A stretch of 64,000 nucleotides of DNA from an uncultured delta proteobacterium. GTDB lineage: Bacteria > Desulfobacterota > Desulfobacteria > Desulfobacterales > B30-G6. Under the pieces are notes generated by a model. That model was not told where the DNA came from, searched no databases, and saw only the letters and a list, made by a program, of their open reading frames with translations. Location of the stretch: contig CAWGLD010000001.1 of assembly GCA_963823335.1 (NCBI GenBank), positions 320,001-384,000 on the forward strand. The letters run 5' to 3'. Position 1 is the first letter of the stretch. Each line of letters begins with the position of its first letter. Position numbers and translations under genes: made by a program. Of the stretch, positions 47,398-57,631 are shown piece by piece.

Positions 47398-48183
47398 ATG
47401 CCCCAACCAGACGAATACAACACCAAGGAAAACATTCTTCGCAGGTCCTATGCCATTCGATCCTACGAGGTCAATGCCGGTGGTCGATTGTCTATACCCT
47501 CCATTTTCAATCTTCTGCAGGATGCCGCCAGCAGCCATGCACTGAAGCTTGGTGTTTCCGTGCCGCAATTGCTTGCCAACAATTACACCTGGGTGCTTTC
47601 GAGAATTTATCTCAAAATGAATCACTATCCTGGATGGGGGAATACGATCCAGGTTCACACATGGCCCTCTGGAATCGAACGGGTATTTGCCTTAAGAGAT
47701 TTTGACATTCACCAGGATGGCAGTAGCATAGGGTCTTGTGTCAGTGCCTGGATCATTATCGATTCAGGCAACCGGCGTCCGCTACGGCCCACGTCCTTTG
47801 CCCGACAGTTAAATCCCGTGGACAGGCAACATGTACTGGATCACCCGCTTGGCAAACTGCCCGTATTGAAGACCCCCCAGATTGAAAAATGTTTCAGCGT
47901 CAGATATCAAGATCTCGACATTAATCAGCATGTCAACAATGTCAGTTATATTGAATGGCTGCTGGAATGCCTTCCCGGTATGGTTGAAAACGGTCTCTGC
48001 CTGTCGGAACTGGAAGTCAATTTCCTGGGAGAAGCGCTCCAAGGAGATATGGTCCGGGCCAGGTGTTGCCCTCAGGATGAGAAAGGTCTGCGGATTGCCC
48101 ACGACGTGCTGCGTGAGGCAGATGGCCGGGAACTGATCCGGGCCAGGACAAGCTGGAAAAATACCAGGATGACAGACAATTAG
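47398..48183 (+). CDS. Acyl-ACP thioesterase
   Basis: Double hot-dog fold; DLDINQHVNNVSY. Confidence 0.88.
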   Translation: MPQPDEYNTKENILRRSYAIRSYEVNAGGRLSIPSIFNLLQDAASSHALKLGVSVPQLLANNYTWVLSRIYLKMNHYPGWGNTIQVHTWPSGIERVFALRDFDIHQDGSSIGSCVSAWIIIDSGNRRPLRPTSFARQLNPVDRQHVLDHPLGKLPVLKTPQIEKCFSVRYQDLDINQHVNNVSYIEWLLECLPGMVENGLCLSELEVNFLGEALQGDMVRARCCPQDEKGLRIAHDVLREADGRELIRARTSWKNTRMTDN

Positions 48184-48398
48184 ACTGTAGGCTGTAATGC
48201 CGAACAGGGCCAAGAGTCAAAGACAGATTATATTGTAAGCATCTGAATTTAAATTGGTGTGATAAGTTTTATGCTGTTCGGCATAACAGTCACTAAAGAA
48301 CTCAGACAGTTTCACACCCGCTCAGGGATCACCCATCAGTCTTAGCGTCTTACCTTTGTTTGGTTTATACGTCTGACTAATAAAATAAGGCCTTCAAT

Positions 48399-49124
48399 AT
48401 GAAAAAACCGATTCTTATTCTTAAAATGGGCCAGACCCTGCCGCATCTGTACCGGCGGCGAGGCGATTTCGAAGACTGGATAATGACGCCTCTTAAACAT
48501 GCCCGCATGGGCTTCAACGTTGTTGCACCGTATAAAGAGAACCTTCCATCTGATCCCATCGATTTTGCCGGTGTGATCATCACGGGTTCACATACCATGG
48601 TCACGGACAGGGAAGCCTGGAGTGAGCGGACCGCCGCCTGGATACCCCGGGTCATCCACGCGAATGTCCCCCTGCTCGGCATCTGTTATGGGCACCAGCT
48701 TCTGGCACATGCCATGGGGGGTGTGGTGGGAAATTGTCCGGGCGGGATGGAGCTTGGTACGGTTCCTGTCACCTTCACCGACAACGTCGGCAAAGATCCG
48801 CTGTTCAAGGGATTGCCAAACAGCATCCTGGCACATGCCAGTCATACACAAACGGTTCTTCAACTGCCGCCGGATGCCGTCCTCCTGGCTTCCAACAAAG
48901 ATGAACCCAATCACGCTTTTTCCATAGGTCCACATGCCTGGGGTCTCCAGTTCCACCCTGAATTCGATGCCGACATTATGAAAACCTATATCCATGAATT
49001 CGCCGGTCTGATGGAAAGCCATGGGCAAAATCCGCAAAAAGCTGCTGACACGGTCGTCGAAACACCCCACAGCAGGTCGCTGCTGCAACGATTCGCAACG
49101 ATCGCCATAGCCAAAGATAATTAA
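48399..49124 (+). CDS. Class I glutamine amidotransferase
   Basis: ITGS, LGICYGHQ, QFHPE. Confidence 0.9.
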   Translation: MKKPILILKMGQTLPHLYRRRGDFEDWIMTPLKHARMGFNVVAPYKENLPSDPIDFAGVIITGSHTMVTDREAWSERTAAWIPRVIHANVPLLGICYGHQLLAHAMGGVVGNCPGGMELGTVPVTFTDNVGKDPLFKGLPNSILAHASHTQTVLQLPPDAVLLASNKDEPNHAFSIGPHAWGLQFHPEFDADIMKTYIHEFAGLMESHGQNPQKAADTVVETPHSRSLLQRFATIAIAKDN

Positions 49125-49241
49125 CGATATTACACTGTTTTCATTTCCTGAAAATTTGATTTTAAGCTGGATTTTTTAATTTGTTTAGGACACGATTGTC
49201 TGCATGTATGTGTATTGCTGACTGGAAATGGAGGGCTGTCC

Positions 49242-49706
49242 ATGAAGATTATGGCCGCCTTGGACCTATCTGATTACGCGGATTTCGTCCTGATCAAGGC
49301 AATTAAAACCGCCAAACAACAGAACGCCAAGATGGACATCGTGGTAGTGGCCGAAGACCACAGCAACGAGAGCGATTCCGCTGAGTGGGAACGGGCCAAT
49401 GAAAAGCTGCTTCAGGATACAACCCGAGCGGCTCGGTCCTACCAGCAAAAGGCCATTGCCCAAGGGGTGAAGGCCAAGGTGCGGGTTCTTTCCGGAGAGT
49501 CTGCGGCAGAGGAGATCATCAAATACCAACAGTCGGAAAAACTGGACCTCATCGTCTTGGGCCGTCGATCCCAAACAGGTCGTGCGACCTTACCCATCGG
49601 CGCTGTAGCCCAAAGAGTGGCTGCCTATGCCACTTGCACGGTCATGGTGGTGCGCTGTTTGGAGAAACGGGACCTTATAGATTGGAATGCGAATAGTCCC
49701 CTATGA
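49242..49706 (+). CDS. Universal stress protein
   Basis: KIMAALD.S, DLIVLG, GAVAQRV...CTVMVVR; GGAGG RBS before 49242. Confidence 0.88.
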   Translation: MKIMAALDLSDYADFVLIKAIKTAKQQNAKMDIVVVAEDHSNESDSAEWERANEKLLQDTTRAARSYQQKAIAQGVKAKVRVLSGESAAEEIIKYQQSEKLDLIVLGRRSQTGRATLPIGAVAQRVAAYATCTVMVVRCLEKRDLIDWNANSPL

Positions 49707-49894
49707 TAGGGGCTCGCAAACCCTAAGGTGGTTATTGCAATTATGCAATTTTTCTATATAAGGATTAGAGCGTTTGTCATAATAACGTTCCGATAGCGTC
49801 GGTTTTTTGAGTCCGCAAGGGATTATATATGACATCTAATATGGCCTGATCGCAAATTAGACCAAACGGAACATATACCTGAAAAGAGAAGATA

Positions 49895-51190
49895 ATGGAT
49901 ATCGAACAGAAAGCAAAACAGGCTAAGGCTGCAAGCATCCATCTGGCTGCCGTCAGCGCCACCCAGAAGAACGAGGCGCTGGGCAACATTGCCCGGACAT
50001 TGCTGGCTCGAAAAGATAAGATCATTAACACCAATCAACTCGATCTGACAAAAGCGATAGCGGACAAGCTGGCACCACCTTTATTGAAACGCTTGAAATT
50101 TGACGCGTCGAAAATTCAGGAGTCCTGCGAAGGCATAGAAAGCCTCAGACGCCTGCCCGACCCCGTAGGGCAAACATTACGAGCCATCGAACTTGACAAG
50201 GGTCTCGAACTCTACAAGGTCAGCTGCCCCATAGGCGTCATCGGTGTCATATTCGAATCCCGGCCGGATGCCCTGGTGCAGATTTCTTCACTTTGCCTGA
50301 AAAGCGGCAATGCCGTTCTCCTGAAAGGCGGCAGGGAAGCTGCCCACACCAACAGGATCCTGGCGGATATCATTTCAACGGCGGCCAAGCAGGCGGGAAT
50401 TCCCGACGGCTGGATAGGGCTCATGGAAAGCCGGGGCGATGTTCAGGAACTGCTGGGTCTGGATCACACCGTCGATCTGATCATACCCAGGGGAAGCAAC
50501 GCCTTTGTCAAGCTCATCATGGACAGCACCCGCATTCCGGTGCTGGGCCATGCCGATGGCATCTGTCACGTTTATGTGGACAAACATGCCGATCTGGACA
50601 TGGCTGTCCGCATCACCGTGGACAGCAAGTGCCAGTATGTGTCGGTCTGTAATGCAGCTGAAACTCTTCTGGTTCATAGGGATGTGGCCCAGGATTTTCT
50701 GCCGGGCGTTCATGCGGCTCTGGCGGCACACAATGTCGAAATCCGAGGGTGCTCACAAACCGCCAGGTATATCGATGTCGTCCCGGCCACAGAAAAAGAC
50801 TGGCAAACCGAATACCTGGACCATATCCTGTCCATCAAAATCGTCGACACCCTGGAACAGGCCATTGACCATATCAACCGTTATGGCTCCGGGCACACCG
50901 ATGTCATCGTCAGCCAGGATAAACAACGGGCTGATATCTTCATGCGCCTGGTGGACAGCGCGGATGTCATGCTAAATTGCAGCAGTCGCTTCAGCGATGG
51001 TTTCCGTTTCGGGCTTGGCGCAGAGGTGGGCATCAGCACCAACAAAATCCACGCCCGGGGGCCCGTGGGCATGGAAGGGCTCATGATCTATCAGTGGCGG
51101 CTCATAGGAAACGGCCATATCGTCTCTGATTACACAGGCCAGGGATCAAGATCCTTTTCGCACAGACCCATCCAACAGGAGTTCAAATGA
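49895..51190 (+). CDS. proA: Gamma-glutamyl phosphate reductase
   Basis: GVIFESRP, IIPRG, CNAAETLL, RFSDGFRFGLGAEVGIST.KIHARGP. Confidence 0.96.
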   Translation: MDIEQKAKQAKAASIHLAAVSATQKNEALGNIARTLLARKDKIINTNQLDLTKAIADKLAPPLLKRLKFDASKIQESCEGIESLRRLPDPVGQTLRAIELDKGLELYKVSCPIGVIGVIFESRPDALVQISSLCLKSGNAVLLKGGREAAHTNRILADIISTAAKQAGIPDGWIGLMESRGDVQELLGLDHTVDLIIPRGSNAFVKLIMDSTRIPVLGHADGICHVYVDKHADLDMAVRITVDSKCQYVSVCNAAETLLVHRDVAQDFLPGVHAALAAHNVEIRGCSQTARYIDVVPATEKDWQTEYLDHILSIKIVDTLEQAIDHINRYGSGHTDVIVSQDKQRADIFMRLVDSADVMLNCSSRFSDGFRFGLGAEVGISTNKIHARGPVGMEGLMIYQWRLIGNGHIVSDYTGQGSRSFSHRPIQQEFK

Positions 51191-52323
51191 AATTGGACCG
51201 AAAAACCTACCTGAAAAAAGTGAAACGGGCCGTCATCAAGATCGGCAGCGGCGTGCTGACCCGCAAAAACGGGTTGAACCTGAATTTAATAGATGATCTG
51301 GCAACTGAAGTCTGCAAACTCCGCAACAAGGGCATCGAGATTATTCTTGTTTCCTCGGGAGCCATTGCAGCAGGGTTGAAAAAGGCAGGTCTGTCCAAAC
51401 GCCCGACGTCGCTTTCACAAATGCAGGCTCTGGCCGCCATGGGACAAAGCAACCTGATCATGGCCTATGAAGAAGCTTTTTCCAGACAGGGAGCCAAGGC
51501 CGCACAGATATTGCTCACCAGGGATGACCTCACCCACCGGCGACGATATCTGAATGCCAGAAACACCCTGATGACATTGTTGTCCTGGAAGATCATTCCC
51601 ATCATCAACGAAAATGACACCGTCGGCATCGAGGAGATTAAATTCGGTGACAACGACAACCTCAGCGCGCTGGTGGTCAATCTGACGGAGTCTCATCTCC
51701 TGGTGAACCTGACCAACATCGACGGTCTTTACGATAAAGACCCGCGACATAACCCGGATGCACAACTGATCCCCCTGGTTGAAAAAGTGGATCGGCGAAT
51801 AACCAAAGCGGCCAGCACCATACCCGGTTTCCTGGGAACCGGCGGCATGGCCAGCAAATTGATGGCGGCCAGAAATATTTCCCTGGGAGGGATTGCCAGC
51901 ATTATTGCCAACGGCTCGAAACCGGACATTCTGAAAGATATCTTTTCGGGAAAATCTTGCGGCACATTTTTTCTCCCTGAGGTGAGCGCATTGAACAGCC
52001 GCAAGCAGTGGATCGCCTTTACCAAGAAAGCAAAAGGATCCATCGTAATCGATGACGGTGCCGAAAACGCATTGACCAAAAACGGCAAGAGCCTGCTCCC
52101 CTCCGGCATCACCTCCGTTCAAGGTCGATTCAGTATGGGAGATTCGGTGGTCATACAAGACAAAAACAAGCAAAAAATCGCTATCGGTATGGTCAACTAC
52201 AGTTCAGGGGATCTACAGAAAATTATCGGCGCTCGGACCAGCGAAATTGAATCGATCCTCGGGTATCGCCATGACGATGAAATCGTACACCGTGACAACC
52301 TGATTCTCGAGCTCCAGCTTTGA
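51187..52323 (+). CDS. proB: Glutamate 5-kinase with PUA domain
   Basis: VIKIGS, VSSGA, INENDT, FGDNDNLS, GTGGM, EIVHRD. Confidence 0.96.
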   Translation: MKLDRKTYLKKVKRAVIKIGSGVLTRKNGLNLNLIDDLATEVCKLRNKGIEIILVSSGAIAAGLKKAGLSKRPTSLSQMQALAAMGQSNLIMAYEEAFSRQGAKAAQILLTRDDLTHRRRYLNARNTLMTLLSWKIIPIINENDTVGIEEIKFGDNDNLSALVVNLTESHLLVNLTNIDGLYDKDPRHNPDAQLIPLVEKVDRRITKAASTIPGFLGTGGMASKLMAARNISLGGIASIIANGSKPDILKDIFSGKSCGTFFLPEVSALNSRKQWIAFTKKAKGSIVIDDGAENALTKNGKSLLPSGITSVQGRFSMGDSVVIQDKNKQKIAIGMVNYSSGDLQKIIGARTSEIESILGYRHDDEIVHRDNLILELQL

Positions 52324-52579
52324 AAAAGGGCGGGATTTGGCAACTTAAAGTAGTCTGTCGGAATAGCGATTCGGTTCAAGCGAATTGTTTTCTATAATTA
52401 TCTTGCATCATCTTCAATGACTTGTCCGTAAAAAACTGAACTGCTTACCCATCCTGCGCCAGAAGTACCTATAATACCCTCAATTATCGGTTCTACAACT
52501 CTATTGGTAGATTTCCAGACGATAATAAAACAAGATGCTTAATATTAATGAAATCAACATGATATTTATTCAAATCTCC

Positions 52580-54016
52580 CTATTCAAGCAGACCTTCTAC
52601 AAAACAACCATAGCTATCACCACCACCGACATCCGACATAGAATCAAATTCAGGGGGTATATTAGCCTTAACACCTGGGCCGCCTATATCAACAATAATT
52701 CCATTTTCAGCTAAATCGTCATCTCCCCTTTTTCCATCAACAAAATACAGCGTGATGTTATTTTTATTTATTTTAGCTCCGGTCTGGCCGTCAAAAATAA
52801 ATTCATACCAGTGATCAAATGGATCATCCGGGGTTGGGCCATACTTAGAATACGTGTTAAATGTAATCTCAGAGGGGAAATAAAAAGTTACGGATGTAGA
52901 GCCCCCGATGCGAATCCCTGCCACGGTAAATGAAAAAAATCCATATGAGAAATCTACGCCGGGCGGATAATTGTTGTCTGGTGGTTCAATAACCGCTTTA
53001 CAATTTTTAATTGACGTGCCGGGAGGCGTTTCGAGCACCACATAATCAGTTGCATTGTCAATCGCTAAAGAACTCACATTGCTTTGAAGACTGTCAAATA
53101 TACCATCATTATTTCCATCACCATCGATTGGACCAGCATTTTCCTCTTTATTGCTAACACCATCATTATCATAATCTGCTAAGAATACAGCTGTAATGGT
53201 CACGTCAGAATTGATAGATATTTTCTCAGGATTATCAGAAGAATCAAGCCCACCGCTCCATTCACTAAACAGCCACCCTGAATTGGCCGTTGCTGTCATC
53301 GTAATTAATGAACCCTTAGAGTAATAATCTTTTTCAGGATCAATCTCGACATTACCTGAACCAACAATATTTATGGTTAAGCTCAACAACTTATTCACTG
53401 TATTTATTGTATAGTTCTGGTTTGATTGATTGTTAATTACGTTGCTGTAGCTTCTGGATACCGGGGCAACACTGTAGCCTTTTCTGGTAGGGGTAACCGT
53501 ACCACTCCAGCCATAAGTTACATTACGGCTGTAGTACCCTGAACTGTTTGTAGTGTCTGTACCTCCGCCATTATCAAACGTCACAGTGACGCCACTGAAT
53601 CCGCTGCCTGACGACGTGCGGACATAACCGGAAATATTTCTTGTTTGAACTATCCCGGTATAGTCCTGGTCTTTTTGATCCCTTTTTACTTCACTGTAGT
53701 TCAAGTATGCCGGATCAAAATTGTAACCAACCCTGGATGGTGTGGCTGTACCACTCCAACCTTCTTTGACCTTCTGACTATAATAGCCAGAGCTATCCGT
53801 TGTTGTGGATTCTTCGCCATTACTGAACGTTATCGTGACGCCACTAATCTCATTACCTGATGACGTGCGGACATAACCGGATATCTTTTTATCTTTAGCA
53901 AAGCCATGAGATACTCCGATTGATAGCGAAACTATAAGAAGAATTAGCAACAGCCCGAAAAAGCGGGCTATAGGAGATTTCTTGCTGTGAACAGATTTTA
54001 ATAGCTCTGTTTTCAT
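52580..54016 (-). CDS. Exported/surface protein with tandem beta-sandwich repeats, an InlB-B-like repeat, a choice-of-anchor-U-like domain and a C-terminal Gly-rich GCF motif
   Basis: Signal peptide; two ISGYVRTSSG repeats; GW.FSEWSG; KYGPTP...WYEF...DG.RGDDD...G.IVD.GGP; ends GGGDSYGCFVEGLLE. Confidence 0.75.
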   Translation of the reverse strand: MKTELLKSVHSKKSPIARFFGLLLILLIVSLSIGVSHGFAKDKKISGYVRTSSGNEISGVTITFSNGEESTTTDSSGYYSQKVKEGWSGTATPSRVGYNFDPAYLNYSEVKRDQKDQDYTGIVQTRNISGYVRTSSGSGFSGVTVTFDNGGGTDTTNSSGYYSRNVTYGWSGTVTPTRKGYSVAPVSRSYSNVINNQSNQNYTINTVNKLLSLTINIVGSGNVEIDPEKDYYSKGSLITMTATANSGWLFSEWSGGLDSSDNPEKISINSDVTITAVFLADYDNDGVSNKEENAGPIDGDGNNDGIFDSLQSNVSSLAIDNATDYVVLETPPGTSIKNCKAVIEPPDNNYPPGVDFSYGFFSFTVAGIRIGGSTSVTFYFPSEITFNTYSKYGPTPDDPFDHWYEFIFDGQTGAKINKNNITLYFVDGKRGDDDLAENGIIVDIGGPGVKANIPPEFDSMSDVGGGDSYGCFVEGLLE

Positions 54017-54337
54017 TATTTTTTCATTTCTTGAGGCTACAACCTGCTTAACATGCAGGTAACGTCATTATAACTCAACTAAAGTATCAATGCAAGAATC
54101 ATGCGGAAATGCCGGTTGCAAGAAAGAGTAACTATTAGAAAGACTTAGGCCTTAAGGTTTAAATGGAAAAGGGTAAATTGAGAAATCAATGCTATAATTA
54201 TTGGGTAGATAAGGTTAGAACGTCTGTAATTATGGATAGCACGTGTGGCCGTAGATGGCGGTCGCCTTATTCCTTCAGCGCGCTGCTCTGTCTTACCCGA
54301 ACGGTGCCAACACTTACGCCCCTTGTGCTTAAATCAC

Positions 54338-54509
54338 TAGAAGCTATCTCAAATAAGTTTTTTAGCCCAATTTCTGTGTTGGTCCCTTGCTTCAACTCCT
54401 CGGAATACTTGAGTATGCACCCCAAGGGCATTTCCTGCGGGCACCTGCGGGTTGAAGTTCGGGCCCGCCTTGAACTTGAGCCAAAACCCTTTTTTTGAGA
54501 TGGCTTCTA
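54338..54509 (+). mobile_element. MITE-like element, family B
   Basis: Terminal IR TAGAAGCTATCTCAAA / TTTGAGATGGCTTCTA. Confidence 0.8.
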
Positions 54510-54630
54510 AAAAGTTTCTACTTTACGCCACAGCCCTGCGTAAACCTGAGCACAAGGCTTTTCAACATCGGAAAGATGATTTCAATTGATTTATCCATAC
54601 GCATCGATCTATTAAATGGAGGGCACCAAA

Positions 54631-54786
54631 ATGAAATGCCCAAAGTGCCAGTTTGACAATCGTGAAGGAGCTAAATTCTGTGAAGAATACATTTGCGAAA
54701 AACGAGCCAGCTTTATCAGACGGGCTAATGAAGCACTTCCACAAATGGTAGGTAAAGCCAGCAGTGGCGGCTCACTGCTTGATTGA
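54631..54786 (+). pseudogene. Truncated double-zinc-ribbon N-terminus (as in adenylate cyclase/AAA proteins)
   Basis: GGAGG RBS, MKCPKCQFDNREGAKFCEE, then unrelated sequence; the stop lies inside the family C repeat. Confidence 0.55.
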
Positions 54787-54900
54787 AGAACCTCGCAGCA
54801 AGCTACGAGGAATCTTCGACCGTAAGGAATTCTGTCTAATTTAGATTCGCTCGCTAACCCCGCAGCAACCTACGGGGAATGCGCTCGCTGTTGCGGTTCA
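54782..54900 (+). repeat. Dispersed element family C, long form
   Basis: Same ends as 26204-26278. The internal GACCGTA.GGA.TTCT...TAGATTCGCT is shared with 21125-21160. Confidence 0.78.
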
Positions 54901-54952
54901 ATCGGTGGGGTCTCAGGCGCTATCGGTCTGGCAAGCAATGTATTTAATAAAA

Positions 54953-56197
54953 ATGGCATATACGAACGATAAAAGTCGTTTCAACATTTTCTACGGTTGG
55001 TATATAGTTGCCGCCGGTACATTAGTGCTGGCCACCTGTTTCGGCATCAGTTACTCTTTCAGTGTTTATTTTCCCGCGTTACAGTCAGATTTTTCATGGA
55101 ATAGGGCTGCCACATCCGGAGTCTTTTCGCTTTATCTGCTGTTGGTGGGCTTTTTTTCCATTCTCTGCGGGCGGGCAATAGATCGCTATGGGCCTAAACC
55201 TGTTGTTTTAATCATGGGAGTGGTTACCGGCATTAGTCTTATTTTAACAGCACAGGTTCATGCTCTGTGGCAGTTCTATTTATCATACAGCGTTTTGTTG
55301 GCTGCCGGTACTGGTGGGATGTACATAATCGTCATGTCCACTGCCTCGCGCTGGTTTTATAGAAAAAGAGCCACAGCCATTGGTATTTTGGGAACCGGGG
55401 CGTCTTTAGGCCCGGTGGTTATGGCACCAGTCAGCGCGTGGCTGATAGAGGCTTATCAGTGGCGTACTGCCTATATGTTGACCGGAATTCTGGCCTGGAT
55501 TTTAATTATTCCAGGAGCCCTGGTTCTTAAAAAAGACCCGGCTGAAATTGGTGCGGGGCTTGATGGCGACCTCTACTTCCCGGCCGGATCCAGTGGCGAG
55601 GCAAAAAAAATAACGGCCTTTTCTATCACTGGGGCAATAAAAAGCCCCAGTTTCTCATATTTAAATATTGTTTGGTTTTGGTTTTCATTTTGCCTGTACA
55701 TGGTTATCACTCATATCGTCCCAGGTGCGCAGGATATTGGTCTTGATCCGATGCGGGCTGCTGGCGTTATGAGTATCCTGATGGCGGTTAGTGCTGTATC
55801 ACGTGTGGCTGGGGGAATGGCGGCTGACCTAGTGGACAAACGCAAACTGCTGGCAGCATTAATCACAGCAATGGCATTGAGTATGGTCTGGCTGACATCA
55901 GCCGACCAAACTTGGAAAATTTATCTATTCGCCATTCTTTTCGGCATGGTTTTCGGTGGTGGGGATCCGTCGTTGATTTCTGTGGTAACTGATGTTTTCG
56001 GAACTGCCAAAATAGGTACGATGATGGGTATTCTTATGATCAGTTGGGGACTGGGCTCTGCCGCTGGACCCTACCTGGCCGGCTGCATGTTCGATTACAC
56101 AGGGTCTTACGGATGGGCTTTCATCATCGCAGGCGGAGGATTGCTGATGTCAACTTTTGCACTTTTGAGGCTTAAAATTACAGATGGAAGGTTTTAG
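54953..56197 (+). CDS. MFS transporter (OFA/MCT-like)
   Basis: FYGW.IV, GRAIDRYGPK, 12 TM helices. Confidence 0.9.
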   Translation: MAYTNDKSRFNIFYGWYIVAAGTLVLATCFGISYSFSVYFPALQSDFSWNRAATSGVFSLYLLLVGFFSILCGRAIDRYGPKPVVLIMGVVTGISLILTAQVHALWQFYLSYSVLLAAGTGGMYIIVMSTASRWFYRKRATAIGILGTGASLGPVVMAPVSAWLIEAYQWRTAYMLTGILAWILIIPGALVLKKDPAEIGAGLDGDLYFPAGSSGEAKKITAFSITGAIKSPSFSYLNIVWFWFSFCLYMVITHIVPGAQDIGLDPMRAAGVMSILMAVSAVSRVAGGMAADLVDKRKLLAALITAMALSMVWLTSADQTWKIYLFAILFGMVFGGGDPSLISVVTDVFGTAKIGTMMGILMISWGLGSAAGPYLAGCMFDYTGSYGWAFIIAGGGLLMSTFALLRLKITDGRF

Positions 56198-56226
56198 CTT
56201 AACAATTTCTAACAAAAGGAGAGAAC

Positions 56227-56748
56227 ATGAATAAGACGACGGAAAATCTGAAGGCTGCCTTTGCGGGAGAGTCTGAAGCACGCAACAAATACACTTTTTT
56301 TGCCGAAGTCGCTCGCAAAGAAGGGTACCGTTACATCGCTAAAATTTTCGAGGAAACCGCCGAAAATGAACAGCAACACGCCAAAGATCACTTGCTGCTG
56401 CTGGATGGTATCGGGGACACCCTGGCCAACCTCAAGGAGGCCTGGGGCGGAGAAGATCACGAAGTGGAAAGCATGTACCCGGAATTCGCCAAAACTGCCG
56501 AGGAGGAAGGCCACAAGGAAGCCGCCATGGCGTTCAAGCAGGTCACCAAAATCGAAGCCCACCACAGGGCCCGGTACAAAAAATTGATCGCCATGGTCGA
56601 GGCCGGTACGGTTTTCAAGCGCGAGGCACCCATCAAATGGAAGTGCAGTGTCTGTGGTTACATACACGAGGCCACCGCTCCCCCCATGAAATGCCCCTCA
56701 TGCAAACATCCGCAAAGGTACTATGAGCCGGCTTATCTGGATGTTTAA
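56227..56748 (+). CDS. rbr: Rubrerythrin
   Basis: AFAGESEARNKY, ETAENEQQHA, EAHH, WKCSVCGY...CPSC. Confidence 0.93.
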   Translation: MNKTTENLKAAFAGESEARNKYTFFAEVARKEGYRYIAKIFEETAENEQQHAKDHLLLLDGIGDTLANLKEAWGGEDHEVESMYPEFAKTAEEEGHKEAAMAFKQVTKIEAHHRARYKKLIAMVEAGTVFKREAPIKWKCSVCGYIHEATAPPMKCPSCKHPQRYYEPAYLDV

Positions 56749-56770
56749 AGAGGAAGCTATCGGCTAGCTG

Positions 56771-56800
56771 TGTCCCGCAAGCTTCAAAACCTGCGGGACA
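56771..56800 (+). terminator. Hairpin after rbr
   Basis: TGTCCCGCA...TGCGGGACA. Confidence 0.5.
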
Positions 56801-57187
56801 TTATCTCAAAATGACATTCTGGCTACCATCAGGCCACCACCAAGCTAGCGACATCTGTGATAGGAAATTACTTTATGACGTCATGTAATGTGAATAAACT
56901 GGATTAAAATGCCGCCATTGATATCGTCTGTTCTCTGTATATTTTACTTTATTACATATATGTTGTTTTGTACTCTATTTATTTCAATTTTGTAATTTAT
57001 GGGCACAGGAATATTTTCCTGTAAATTATATGAACATTACATGAAATGTACGAGTCAATTTGGTTGAGGCTTTGTCAGGCCTGTGCTACGCTTGCGTAGT
57101 TTTTTTCGCTATGGAAACACCCACACCTTAGAAACCATCATAATATGACCACCGTATATGGCAGATGCGATAGAGGAAATGTATAAA

Positions 57188-57622
57188 ATGAGTTTAACCG
57201 GTTTGATTCTCCTGGCAGCCATCGGCGGGGTTGCAGTGACGATTCAGGGACAGTTCATGGGCTTGCTGGACAAAAACATGGGCACCCTGGAAAGTGTGTT
57301 CATAACCTATTCGAGCGGGGGACTCCTGGCGGCCGTGGCGATGATTGTTTACCGCGGAGGCAATCTGAAAGCTGTCCAGACGGTTCCGTGGTATTCGTTG
57401 AGCGCCGGCCTTGTGGGCCTGGTTATCGTCGGAACCATCAGCTACACAGTGCCCAGGCTGGGTCTGTCCAAAGCCTTTACAATTATTGTCGCCGCCCAGT
57501 TTATAGTGGCCTCCCTACTGGATCATTACGGTCTGTTGGGCGCAGCTGTACGCCCCATGGATTTGTCCCGCCTGGCGGGAATGGCCCTCCTTGTTACAGG
57601 CGTCTGGCTCATTGTCAAATAG
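57188..57622 (+). CDS. DMT family (YdcZ-like) membrane protein
   Basis: PWY...GL.G, AQ......LDHYG motifs; 5 TM helices. Confidence 0.85.
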   Translation: MSLTGLILLAAIGGVAVTIQGQFMGLLDKNMGTLESVFITYSSGGLLAAVAMIVYRGGNLKAVQTVPWYSLSAGLVGLVIVGTISYTVPRLGLSKAFTIIVAAQFIVASLLDHYGLLGAAVRPMDLSRLAGMALLVTGVWLIVK

Positions 57623-57631
57623 CCATAAGTT

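Noticed and set aside
54163-54498. ORFs 54163-54498, 58632-59057, 60410-60604 and 62257-62481 as genes
   Set aside because: They run through repeat elements; their shared or repetitive peptides simply reflect the DNA repeats.
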